This document shows positions 17,205-25,150 of a DNA stretch of 64,000 nucleotides, piece after piece. A program made the translations under genes and the position numbers. The DNA lies in NCBI GenBank assembly GCA_963705205.1, contig CAVPJG010000011.1:6565-70564 (forward strand), written 5' to 3'. The stretch is from an uncultured Thermoleophilia bacterium. Its GTDB lineage: Bacteria > Actinomycetota > Thermoleophilia > UBA2241. The notes below the pieces were generated by a model that saw only the letters and a list, made by a program, of their open reading frames with translations, was not told the origin of the DNA and made no database searches. Every line of letters starts with the position of its first letter. The first letter of the stretch is position 1.

Positions 17205-17977
17205 CACCAGGTCTTCCACGGCGCCGCACCCGACTCCCACAGCTCTTCGAGGGCACGCTTGTCCCGCAGCGTGTCCATCGGCTGCCAGAAGCCGTAGTGA
17301 CGGTACGCGGCCAGTTGCCCGTCGCGCGCCAGCCGCTCCAGCGGCTCCTTCTCCCAGAGCGTGTCGTCGCCGGCTATGTAGTCGAGGACGGCCGGCTCCA
17401 GCACGAAGAACCCGCCGTTCATCCAGCCGCCGTCTCCCCGCGGCTTCTCCACGAAATCGTGCACCGCCGTCCCGGCATCGTCCATCTCGAGAGCGCCGAA
17501 GCGCCCGGGCGGCTGGACCGCCGTGACCGTCGCCAGCCTGCCCTGGGCCTCGTGCACGGCCAGCAGCGCGGCGAGATCGATGTCCGCGACGCCGTCGCCA
17601 TAGGTCATCATGAACCGTTCGCCACCGAGGTAGTCGGCCACCCGCCTGAGGCGGCCGCCAGTCTGCGTCTCCGCTCCGGTGTCCACCAGCGTCACGCGCC
17701 AGGGCTCGGCGGCGTTCTCGTGGACGATCATCTCGCGGCCGCGCAGGTCGAACGTCACGTCGGCGTTGTGCAGGAAGTAGTTGGCGAAGTACTCCTTGAT
17801 CAGGTAGCCCTTGTAGCCGAGGCACACGACGAACTCGTCGAACCCCTGCTCCCCGAAGATCTTCATGATGTGCCAGAGGATGGGGTGCTCGCCGATCTCC
17901 GCCATGGGCTTGGGCTTGACCTGCGTCTCTTCCGCGAGGCGGGTGCCCAGACCCCCCGCGAGGATGGCTACTTTCAC
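17204..17977 (-). CDS. rfbF: Glucose-1-phosphate cytidylyltransferase (RfbF/DdhA)
   Basis: MKVAILAGGLGTRLAEETQVKPKPMAEIGEHPILWHIMKIF..GYKGYLIKEYFANY..TGGRL..MTYGDGV..EKP..GWMNGGFFV. GTG start with a GGGAG SD. The stop overlaps the rfbG ATG (TGATG). Confidence 0.93.
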   Translation of the reverse strand: MKVAILAGGLGTRLAEETQVKPKPMAEIGEHPILWHIMKIFGEQGFDEFVVCLGYKGYLIKEYFANYFLHNADVTFDLRGREMIVHENAAEPWRVTLVDTGAETQTGGRLRRVADYLGGERFMMTYGDGVADIDLAALLAVHEAQGRLATVTAVQPPGRFGALEMDDAGTAVHDFVEKPRGDGGWMNGGFFVLEPAVLDYIAGDDTLWEKEPLERLARDGQLAAYRHYGFWQPMDTLRDKRALEELWESGAAPWKTW

Positions 17978-18052
17978 GCTGTCTCCCGTCCTCCCCGGTC
18001 CCTTCGTGCGCGACGCGGCCGGCTATCGCCGCCCCGTACACGACTCCCGTGG

Positions 18053-18058
18053 ATTCTA
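18053..18058 (-). promoter_or_regulatory. Candidate -10 box (TAGAAT) upstream of the rfbF operon
   Basis: TAGAAT lies about 75 nt upstream of the rfbF GTG, in the 147-nt cdsA-rfbF spacer. No convincing -35 was found. Confidence 0.25.
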
Positions 18059-18124
18059 CGACAACGCCTCAGGATGCGGACAGCGGCCCCAGCCCCCGCG
18101 GCGCGCACGAGCCTCCCGCTCGGG

Positions 18125-18907
18125 CTAGAAGCCCAGGACGAGCGTGAGCACGAAATACGCCGCGACCGACGCGAAGATCAGCGCGTCGAAGCGGTCGAGC
18201 ACGCCGCCGTGGCCGGGGATGCCGCGCCCGGAGTCCTTGATCTGCACGTCGCGCTTCACGAGGCTCTCGAACAGGTCGCCGAGCGGGCCGGCGACGGCGA
18301 TCACGGCGCCGAGGACAAGCGAGTCGGCCGCGCCGAGCGGCGTGTACAGGCCGATGAACACCACGAGCAGCACGGTGCTGATGGCGCCGCCGGCGAACCC
18401 CTCCCAGGTCTTCTTGGGGGAGAGCACCGGCGCCATGGGCGTGCTGCCGAAGAACCTGCCGGTGAAGTACGCCATGGTGTCGCCCGCCCAGGTGCCGAAG
18501 ATCACGGTGAGGAGGGCGGCCGTCCCCACGTCCAGTTGCCGCATGAGCAGCACGGCGCTGAAGCCCAGCCCGAGATAGAGCATCCCGAGGACGGTCACGC
18601 CCATGCGCACGGTGACTCCCGGCTTGGGGCCGGCGAGCAGGCCGAGCAGCGCGGTGAAGAGCACCCCGGCACACACGGCGCCGAACACCGCGACCGGACT
18701 GAAGAACCAGGCCATGGTGGCCATCAAGGCGACGCCGAGAAACCCGGCCAGCGGCAGCGGGCGGTACTTCCGCGTGAGCCGATAGAACTCGTTCAGCCCC
18801 AGCAGGGCCAGGACGAGCATGAGCAGGAAGAAGATGAGGCCGCCGTGGACGACCACGACGACGGCGAGCACGCCGAGGACGACGCCGGTGATGATGCGCG
18901 TGGTCAC
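18125..18907 (-). CDS. cdsA: Phosphatidate cytidylyltransferase (CDP-diglyceride synthase)
   Basis: Multi-TM protein with TWAGDTMAYFTGRFFG..PKKTWEGFAGG..GDLFESLVKRD..KDSG..IPGHGGVLDRFD. The GTG start overlaps the uppS stop (GTGA). Confidence 0.92.
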   Translation of the reverse strand: MTTRIITGVVLGVLAVVVVVHGGLIFFLLMLVLALLGLNEFYRLTRKYRPLPLAGFLGVALMATMAWFFSPVAVFGAVCAGVLFTALLGLLAGPKPGVTVRMGVTVLGMLYLGLGFSAVLLMRQLDVGTAALLTVIFGTWAGDTMAYFTGRFFGSTPMAPVLSPKKTWEGFAGGAISTVLLVVFIGLYTPLGAADSLVLGAVIAVAGPLGDLFESLVKRDVQIKDSGRGIPGHGGVLDRFDALIFASVAAYFVLTLVLGF

Positions 18908-19749
18908 GACGCGCCGCTCTCGCCGGCATCCGCGGCGGACGACCCGGCGCCGGCCCCGCCGGAGAGCGCCGCCCGGCGCCCACCGAAGCGGCGCTGGCGG
19001 CCGGCGTAGTCGGCCAGCGCCGCGTCCAGATCCCTGGGGCCGAAGTCCGGCCAGTACCGGTCGCTGAAGTACAGCTCCGCGTAGGCGCACTGCCAGAGCA
19101 GGAAGTTGCTGATGCGGAGCTCCCCGGAGGTGCGGATCAGGAGCTCCGGGTCGTGCATCTCGGGCGCGTAGAGGTGGCGACGGAGATCTTGCTCGGTGAA
19201 CGCCGGCGCCCCCTCAAGGGCAGACGCGTCGTACTCGGCGGCAAGGCGCTCGGCCGCGTCCAGAAGCTCGCGCCGGCCGCCGTAGCTGAAGGCGATGTAC
19301 AGCGTCATCCTGGTGTTGGCGGCGGTCAGCGCCTCGGCCTCCTCGATGCGGCGCACCAGTTCGTCCGGCGCCCCCTCGCGACGCCCGACGAAGCGCACGC
19401 GCGCACCGCGCTCGTGCATGTCGGGCACCTGCGAATCTATCATCTCGACGAACAACCGCATGAGCGCTTCGACCTCGTCCTTCGGCCGGTTCCAGTTCTC
19501 GGTGCTGAACGAGTAGACCGTGACCTCCTCGATGCCGAGGTCGAGGGCGTGCTCGAGCACGCGGCGCAGCGCCTTGGCGCCTGCCCGATGCCCGGCCGCC
19601 ACGGGCAGACCCCTGCCCTGCGCCCAGCGGCCGTTCCCGTCCATGATGATGGCGAGGTAGCGGCAGGTGGCGCCGCCCGCCGCAGGCTCCGCGGCGTCCG
19701 TCGACCTGCTCAGGCGCCAGCGCGCCAGCCACTGCCGCAGCGAGGCCAT
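18904..19749 (-). CDS. uppS: Isoprenyl (undecaprenyl) diphosphate synthase, cis-prenyltransferase
   Basis: AIIMDGNGRWA..GH..G..VTVYSFSTENWNRP..EV..LM.., ..RTSGELRISNFLLWQCAYAELYF....WPDF. Confidence 0.93.
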   Translation of the reverse strand: MASLRQWLARWRLSRSTDAAEPAAGGATCRYLAIIMDGNGRWAQGRGLPVAAGHRAGAKALRRVLEHALDLGIEEVTVYSFSTENWNRPKDEVEALMRLFVEMIDSQVPDMHERGARVRFVGRREGAPDELVRRIEEAEALTAANTRMTLYIAFSYGGRRELLDAAERLAAEYDASALEGAPAFTEQDLRRHLYAPEMHDPELLIRTSGELRISNFLLWQCAYAELYFSDRYWPDFGPRDLDAALADYAGRQRRFGGRRAALSGGAGAGSSAADAGESGAS

Positions 19750-19792
19750 CGGGTCGTTGTTCCCTGAGGATCGGCGCCGGCGAACGGCCGGC

Positions 19793-20350
19793 TCAGACCT
19801 CGAGGATCTCCGCTTCCTTATGCTTCAGGAGATCGTCGATCTGGTGGACGTTCTCGTCCGTGTACCTCTGGAGCTCCTTCTCGGCGCGCACCTCCGCGTC
19901 CTCGCCGACCTCGCCCTCGTGGACGAGCTCCTTGAGGTCCTTCATGCAGTCGCGGCGGACATTGCGCACGGCGACACGGCCGTCCTCGGCCAGCCGGTGC
20001 ACGAGCTTGACCAAGTCGCGGCGGCGCTCCTCGGTGAGCGCGGGGATCGGCAGCCGGATCACGACGCCGTCGCTGCTCGGGTTGAGGCCGAGGTCGCTCT
20101 CCATGATTGCCTTCTCGATGCTCTTCATCGCCGTCTTGTCGAACGGCTGCACGGTGAGCAGCCGGGACTCGGGCGCCGCGATGTTGGCCATCTGCTTGAG
20201 CGGCGTCGAGGCGCCGTAGTAGTCGACGTGGATGCGGTCGAGCAGGCCGACGCTTGCCCGGCCGCTGCGCACAGTGTTGAACTCGTTCTTGACGGCCTCC
20301 ACGGCCTTGTGCATCCGATGCTTGGCGTCAGCGAGCAGCTCTTTCTCCAC
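19793..20350 (-). CDS. frr: Ribosome recycling factor
   Basis: 185 aa; ..FNTVRSGRASVGLLD.I.VDYYG..TPL.Q.A.I..P..R.L.VQPFD...LPIPALTEERRRDLVK. Confidence 0.96.
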   Translation of the reverse strand: MEKELLADAKHRMHKAVEAVKNEFNTVRSGRASVGLLDRIHVDYYGASTPLKQMANIAAPESRLLTVQPFDKTAMKSIEKAIMESDLGLNPSSDGVVIRLPIPALTEERRRDLVKLVHRLAEDGRVAVRNVRRDCMKDLKELVHEGEVGEDAEVRAEKELQRYTDENVHQIDDLLKHKEAEILEV

Positions 20351-20369
20351 CGGTCCTCCCTTTGCCGGG

Positions 20370-21107
20370 TCAGCTCCCGGCGGGCGCGCGCACCACGGTG
20401 CCCACGCGGTCGCCGGACAGCACGCGCACGATGTTGTCGCCGGTCATCCTGAACACATGGATCGGCATGCGGTTGTCCATGCAGAGGCTGAGCGCGGTCG
20501 TGTCCATGACCTTCAGGCCGCGTTCGATAGCCTGCAGGTGGGTGATCTCGGGGATGAACTCCGCCGAGGGGTCCTTCTCGGGGTCGGCGCTGTAGACGCC
20601 GTCGTACTTGCGCTTGGCCATGAGGATGGCCTCGCACTCGAGCTCGAGGGCGCGCAGGGCTGCGGCCGAGTCGGTGCTGAAGTACGGGTTGCCGGTGCCG
20701 GCGGCGCAGATGACGACACGGCCCTTCTCGAGGTGGCGGATGGCGCGGCGGCGGATGTAGGGCTCGCAGATGGCGCGGATCTCGATGGCGCTCATGACCC
20801 TCGTGTCGACGCCCTCGTCCTCCAGGGCGTCCTGCAGGGCGAGGGCGTTCTGCACCGTCGCCATCATGCCGATGTGGTCGCCGGTGGTGCGGTCCATGCC
20901 GCCGGCGGCGGCGGCCATCCCACGGAAGATGTTGCCGCCGCCGACGACGATGGCGATATCGACGTCGAGGCTGCGGGCGACCTTGAGCGTGCCGGCGATC
21001 GACTTCGTCGTCGCCGGGTCGATCGCCCGCGTCTCGCTGCCCAACGCCTGTCCGCTGAGCTTGAGGAGGACGCGGTGGAAGGCGGTGGTGCCAGGCTCGC
21101 CTTCCAT
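20370..21107 (-). CDS. pyrH: UMP kinase
   Basis: RVLLKLSGQALG.., ..VVGGGNIFRG.., ..DHIGMMATVQNALAL.., ..VICAAGTGNPYFSTDSAAALRA.E.. Confidence 0.96.
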   Translation of the reverse strand: MEGEPGTTAFHRVLLKLSGQALGSETRAIDPATTKSIAGTLKVARSLDVDIAIVVGGGNIFRGMAAAAGGMDRTTGDHIGMMATVQNALALQDALEDEGVDTRVMSAIEIRAICEPYIRRRAIRHLEKGRVVICAAGTGNPYFSTDSAAALRALELECEAILMAKRKYDGVYSADPEKDPSAEFIPEITHLQAIERGLKVMDTTALSLCMDNRMPIHVFRMTGDNIVRVLSGDRVGTVVRAPAGS

Positions 21108-21112
21108 GGGGC

Positions 21113-21724
21113 TCAGCCCGCTACCGTCGTCTCACCGAGCTGGAAACGCACGAAGCGGCGCACCTCGACGTTCTCGCCGATGACGCCGACGAGATCGGTG
21201 CGGACCTGCTCGATGGTGCGGTCCGGATCCTTCACGAAGGCCTGCTCCATGAGACAGGTCTCGCCGAAGAACTTCTCGAGCTTGCCCGTGATGATCTTCT
21301 CGACCACGTTCTCGGGCTTGCCCTTGATCTGGTCGGACTCGGCGTAGATGGCCTTCTCACGCGCGATGACGTCCTCGGGCACCTCGTCGCGATTGACCCA
21401 GATCGGAGCCGACGCGGCGACCTGCATGGCGAGGTCGTGGGTGAACTCCTTGAACGGCTCGCTGCGCGAGACGAAGTCGGTCTCGACGCCGACCTCGACG
21501 AGCACGCCGATCTTGCCGCCGGCGTGGATGTACGAATCCACGGCGCCGTCCTTGGTCGCCCGGGCGCTCTTCTTCTGGGCGGTGGCGAGCCCCTGCTTGC
21601 GCAGTTCGTCCATCGCCTTCTCCAGGTCGCCGGACGTCGCCGACAGCGCCTTCTTGCAGTCCATCATGCCCGCCCCGCTCTTCTCGCGGAGCTCCTTTAC
21701 CAGTGCAGCGGTGATCTCAGCCAC
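21113..21724 (-). CDS. tsf: Translation elongation factor Ts (short form)
   Basis: MAEITAALVKELREKSGAGMMDCKKAL...G.L.KA...LR..G...A.KK..R....G. Confidence 0.95.
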   Translation of the reverse strand: MAEITAALVKELREKSGAGMMDCKKALSATSGDLEKAMDELRKQGLATAQKKSARATKDGAVDSYIHAGGKIGVLVEVGVETDFVSRSEPFKEFTHDLAMQVAASAPIWVNRDEVPEDVIAREKAIYAESDQIKGKPENVVEKIITGKLEKFFGETCLMEQAFVKDPDRTIEQVRTDLVGVIGENVEVRRFVRFQLGETTVAG

Positions 21725-21797
21725 AGCACGATCCTTTCGTAGGGTCGGCGTTGTTCGTCGTTCTGATGCTTACTCGGCCGGCTTGCCGGCCTCGGCC

Positions 21798-23024
21798 TCA
21801 GGCTCCGCCGCCTTGGGTTCCTCGGCCTTTGGGCTCCTCGGCCTTGGGCTCCTCGGCCTTGGGCTCGGCCTTCTTGGCGGCGGGCTTCTTCGCCGGCTTC
21901 TCCTCGACGGTCCCGGCCGCGGACTTCTCGTCCTTCGCGGCCGGCTTGTCGGCCTTGGGCTCGGCCTTCGGCTCGGCCTTCGCGGCCGGCTTCTCGGCCT
22001 TGGGGGCGGCCTTCGCCTCGGGCTTCTCAGACTTCGCGACCTTCGGCTCGGCCTTGGCCTCAGCCTTGGCCGCCTCCCCGGGCTCGGCCTTCTTGGCCTC
22101 GGCCTTGGGCTCCGCCTTCTTCTCGGCAGGCTGCTTCTCGGCCTTCGGCTCGGCCTTGGCCTCGCCGGCCGCCTGGGCCGGAGCCTCGGCCTTGGCCTTC
22201 GCGGCCTCGGCGGCTGCGGCGGCGGCCTGCTCGGCCGCCTCACGCTCGGCGGCCGCGACGGCCGCGGCCACGGCGGCCTCTTCGGCGGCCTTGCGCTCGG
22301 CCTCGGCCTTCATCTCGGCCTCGGTGAGCAACTGGCGACCCTGGGCGACGGCGTCGGCCATCACGCGGATGATGAGCGAGCAGCTGCGGATCGCGTCGTC
22401 GTTGCCGGGGATGATGTAGTCGATCTCGTCCGGGTCGCAGTTGGTGTCGACGAGGCCGATGATCGGGATCTTGAGCTTGCGCGCCTCCTTGACGACGATC
22501 GCCTCCTTGCGGGGGTCGACCACGAAGACGGCGGCCGGCAGGCGGTCCATGCCGCCGACGCCGCCGAGGTTCTGCTCGAGCTTGCGCAGGTCGGCGCGCA
22601 GCTGCATGGCCTCGCGGGTCGGCAGCAGGTCGAGGGAGCCGTTCTCAGAGAGCTCGCGGAGCTCGTGCATGCGCTTGATCCGCTTGTTCAGCGTGGCGAA
22701 GTTGGTGAGCAGACCGCCCAGCCAGCGATTGGAGACGTAGGGCATGCCGACGCGCGCGGCCTGCTCCTGGATGGTCTCCTGGCACTGCTTCTTGGTGCCC
22801 ACGAAGAGCACGCTGCCGCCGCGCTCGGCGGTCTTCTTGAGGAAGTCGCAGGCCTCATCGATGAGGACCGTCGTCTTCTGCAGGTCGATGATGTAGATGC
22901 CGCCGCGCTCGCCGAAGATGAACTGCTTCATCTTGGGGTTCCAGCGCCGCGTCTGGTGGCCGAAGTGGACGCCGCTCGTGAGCAGGTCCTTCATGCTCAC
23001 CGTGTGCTGGGTGGTCGCAGGCAA
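21798..23024 (-). CDS. rpsB: 30S ribosomal protein S2 with a roughly 150-aa Ala/Glu/Lys/Pro-rich C-terminal extension
   Basis: TTG start at 23024 sits 6 nt after GAAGGAGG; (M)[50 protein letters not shown]... The tail is low-complexity AEPKAE repeats. The stop at 21798 follows an apparent 1-nt insertion. Without it the ORF would end at 21770 (..[17 protein letters not shown]). Confidence 0.93.
   Translation of the reverse strand: MPATTQHTVSMKDLLTSGVHFGHQTRRWNPKMKQFIFGERGGIYIIDLQKTTVLIDEACDFLKKTAERGGSVLFVGTKKQCQETIQEQAARVGMPYVSNRWLGGLLTNFATLNKRIKRMHELRELSENGSLDLLPTREAMQLRADLRKLEQNLGGVGGMDRLPAAVFVVDPRKEAIVVKEARKLKIPIIGLVDTNCDPDEIDYIIPGNDDAIRSCSLIIRVMADAVAQGRQLLTEAEMKAEAERKAAEEAAVAAAVAAAEREAAEQAAAAAAEAAKAKAEAPAQAAGEAKAEPKAEKQPAEKKAEPKAEAKKAEPGEAAKAEAKAEPKVAKSEKPEAKAAPKAEKPAAKAEPKAEPKADKPAAKDEKSAAGTVEEKPAKKPAAKKAEPKAEEPKAEEPKGRGTQGGGA
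21820..21865 (-). repeat. Three tandem 15/16-nt units (cctcggcct(t)tgggct) encoding the (A)EEPK repeats of the S2 tail
   Basis: Units lie at 21820-21835 (16 nt, extra t), 21836-21850 and 21851-21865 (15 nt each, identical). Confidence 0.8.
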
Positions 23025-23221
23025 GGTTGCCTCCTTCTGAAGACGGTTACGGCGGCGGAGGGCCGGCGCGGGAGCGCCGGCGGCATACGCCACCTTCTGT
23101 TCCGGCAGACAGATCAGTGGAATCGGGCACGGCGAGCGCTCGCGAAACGCCTGGCGCCTCCCGCCCGACACCGCCACGGACCTGGGGGTCCGCCGGTTCG
23201 GCGTGGACACAACGGCCGGAA

Positions 23222-23250
23222 ATGATACCAGAAAGGATGGGGTGAGGCCA
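23222..23250 (-). promoter_or_regulatory. Candidate sigma-70-type promoter of rpsB-tsf (TGGCCT-N17-TGgTATCAT, extended -10) with a roughly 190-nt leader
   Basis: On the coding strand: TGGCCT, a 17-nt spacer, then TATCAT preceded by TGG. The downstream leader contains the GCGAGCGCTCGC palindrome and a TCTGT..ACAGA hairpin before the SD. Confidence 0.35.
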
Positions 23251-23270
23251 GAGCGACCGGCCCGTCACCC

Positions 23271-23298
23271 GCGCCGGCGTACAGCCTCGCGCCGGCGC
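23271..23298 (-). terminator. GC-rich hairpin immediately downstream of fliA/whiG (9-bp stem, 10-nt loop; no U-tract)
   Basis: GCGCCGGCG-10 nt-CGCCGGCGC starts about 8 nt after the stop codon. Confidence 0.3.
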
Positions 23299-23305
23299 AT
23301 CGGAG

Positions 23306-24097
23306 TCAGCCGATGGCCGCCGGCTCGACCTCGTCGCGCAGTCGGCCCTTGAGGCGCAGGATCGCCTTGGTGTGGAGCTGGGAGACGCGCGACTCCGTGA
23401 CGCCGAGCACCTCGCCGATCTCGCGCAGCGTGAGATTCTCGTAGTAGTAGAGCGCGATGACGATCTTCTCGCGCTTGGGGAGCGCGTCAATCGCCGCCGC
23501 GAGCCTGGACTTCATCTCCGTGAGGTCGAGCATGCGCGACGGGTCGTGGCTCTTGGGGTCCTCGATCGTGTCGATGAGCGCCGCCTGATCGCCGTCCGAG
23601 CCGGAGATGGACCAGAGTTCGTCGAGCGCGACGATGCTCGTGTTGGCGATCTGCGTGAGCGACGTCTGGAACTCGGCCACCGTGACTTGCAGTTCGTCGG
23701 CGATCTCCTGATCGGTCGGGGCGCGCTGCAGCCGGTTCTCGAGGATCGCGCAGACCTTCTCGATCTCGCGCGCCTTGCTGCGCACCGAGCGCGGCACCCA
23801 GTCCAGCGAGCGCAACTCGTCGATGATGGAGCCCTTGATGCGCGAGATGGCGTAGGTCTCGAACTTGATCTCGCGGTCCGGGTCGAACCGCTCCAGCGCC
23901 CCGATGAGCCCGAGCAGGCCGTAGCTGATGAGGTCGGACTCCTCGATGTGGGACGGGAGGCCGTTGCTCATGCGGCCGGCGACGTACTTGACCAGCGGCG
24001 AGTAGGCGAGGATGAGGCGGTCGCGCGCCGCCTTGTCGCCCTGGAACTTGTAGCGTCCCCAGAGCTCTCTGACCTTGTCCTCTTCCAGGCGGGTCAT
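23306..24097 (-). CDS. fliA: FliA/WhiG-family alternative sigma factor (sigma-28 type)
   Basis: ..LILAYSPLVKYVAGRM..., ..ESDLISYGLLGLIGALERFDP....KFETYAISRIKGSIIDELR..DWVPRSVR..., ..LYYYENLTLREIGEVLGVTESRVSQLH.KA...L. Confidence 0.9.
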   Translation of the reverse strand: MTRLEEDKVRELWGRYKFQGDKAARDRLILAYSPLVKYVAGRMSNGLPSHIEESDLISYGLLGLIGALERFDPDREIKFETYAISRIKGSIIDELRSLDWVPRSVRSKAREIEKVCAILENRLQRAPTDQEIADELQVTVAEFQTSLTQIANTSIVALDELWSISGSDGDQAALIDTIEDPKSHDPSRMLDLTEMKSRLAAAIDALPKREKIVIALYYYENLTLREIGEVLGVTESRVSQLHTKAILRLKGRLRDEVEPAAIG

Positions 24098-24112
24098 CGT
24101 CGTGATCGCCCC

Positions 24113-25096
24113 TCAGGCGCGCGGGTGGTGAAGGTCATAGGTGCGCCGCAGGTGCGCCCCGCTCACGTGGGTGTACACCTGCGTGGTCGAGACGGAGGCG
24201 TGCCCCAACAGTTCCTGGATGGCACGCAAGTCGGCTCCCCTCTCGAGCATGTGTGTCGCGTACGCGTGCCGCAACATGTGCGGCGACGCCGGGTCGATTC
24301 CCGCAAGCCGGCTGTATTTTACTACGAGCCGGCGGATGTCCGAGGTGAGGAGCGCGCGGCCCCTGCGCGAGAGCAGCAGGGGCGCCTCGCGGCGCGGCGC
24401 GGCGAACGCGGCGTCTTCGTGGATGGTCGCCAGGCGCTCGAGCTCCCCGCGACCGCGCTCGAGGTACCTGCGCAGCGCGGCCGCGGCCTCGTCGCCGAGC
24501 GGGACCACGCGCATCTTGCCACCCTTGCCGCGCACGATGAGCTGCGCCTGCGCCGCCTGGACGTCGCCCAGGCGCAGCGCCACCAGCTCCATGCTGCGCA
24601 GGCCGCACCCGTAGAGGAGCTCCAGCACGACTCGATCCCGCAGCGCGAGAGGATCGGTGCCGTCCGTCACCGACACCAGGGTGTCGACCTCGCTCAGGCT
24701 GAGCACCCGCGGCAGGCGCCGGCGGCGGCGCGGCCCCGGCAGGCTCCGCGCCGGGTCGGCGGCGAGCACCCCGGTCTCTGTGAGGTGCCGTGTGAACCCC
24801 CGCAGGGTCGAGAGCTTGCGCGCCAGCGTGGCCGGCGCGTACCCGCGCCGGCCCAGCTCCGCCGAGAAGGCCCGCACTTGACGCCGCCCCAGGTCCGCGA
24901 CCGTCTGGTCACGCCCCGCCAGCCACTCGAGCAACTGCTGCAGGTCGGACGCGTAGGAGCGACGGGTCGCGGCGCTCGCCCCGCGCACCTCGAGGTCGCG
25001 CAGGAACGCACGGCGCAGGCCGGTCGGATCAGCCCGCCGCGCAGCGGCGTCGGTGGTCTCGGATTCTTCGGAGCGGCGCTCTCGTGGAACTGTCAC
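24113..25096 (-). CDS. xerC: Tyrosine recombinase XerC (chromosome dimer resolution)
   Basis: ..TRRSYASDLQQLLEWL.., ..RDRVVLELLYGCGLRSMELV.L.., ..PHMLRHAYATHMLERGADLRAIQELLGHASVSTTQVYTHV. Sits in the conserved position next to dprA. Confidence 0.88.
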   Translation of the reverse strand: MTVPRERRSEESETTDAAARRADPTGLRRAFLRDLEVRGASAATRRSYASDLQQLLEWLAGRDQTVADLGRRQVRAFSAELGRRGYAPATLARKLSTLRGFTRHLTETGVLAADPARSLPGPRRRRRLPRVLSLSEVDTLVSVTDGTDPLALRDRVVLELLYGCGLRSMELVALRLGDVQAAQAQLIVRGKGGKMRVVPLGDEAAAALRRYLERGRGELERLATIHEDAAFAAPRREAPLLLSRRGRALLTSDIRRLVVKYSRLAGIDPASPHMLRHAYATHMLERGADLRAIQELLGHASVSTTQVYTHVSGAHLRRTYDLHHPRA

Positions 25097-25150
25097 CAGG
25101 TACCCCCTGAGGCGACCTAGGTTTCAACGAGCGATGCGCTCCTTCCTGCC

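Noticed and set aside
16083-18041. 652-aa ORF covering rfbF and rfbG
   Set aside because: The upstream part is an out-of-frame read across rfbF. The real rfbG starts at ATG 17204, overlapping the rfbF stop.
21800-22330. Periodic short repeats that could be mistaken for a CRISPR array or minisatellite
   Set aside because: They lie inside the rpsB reading frame and encode its AEPK-rich tail. The period is 15 nt, with no spacers and no cas genes.
24113-25096. Tyrosine recombinases (also 48708-49637) as possible phage or ICE integrases marking a mobile element
   Set aside because: Both have XerC/XerD-type motifs and sit in the canonical housekeeping contexts (dprA-xerC; pyrG..xerD). No att-like repeats, tRNA or phage genes are adjacent.
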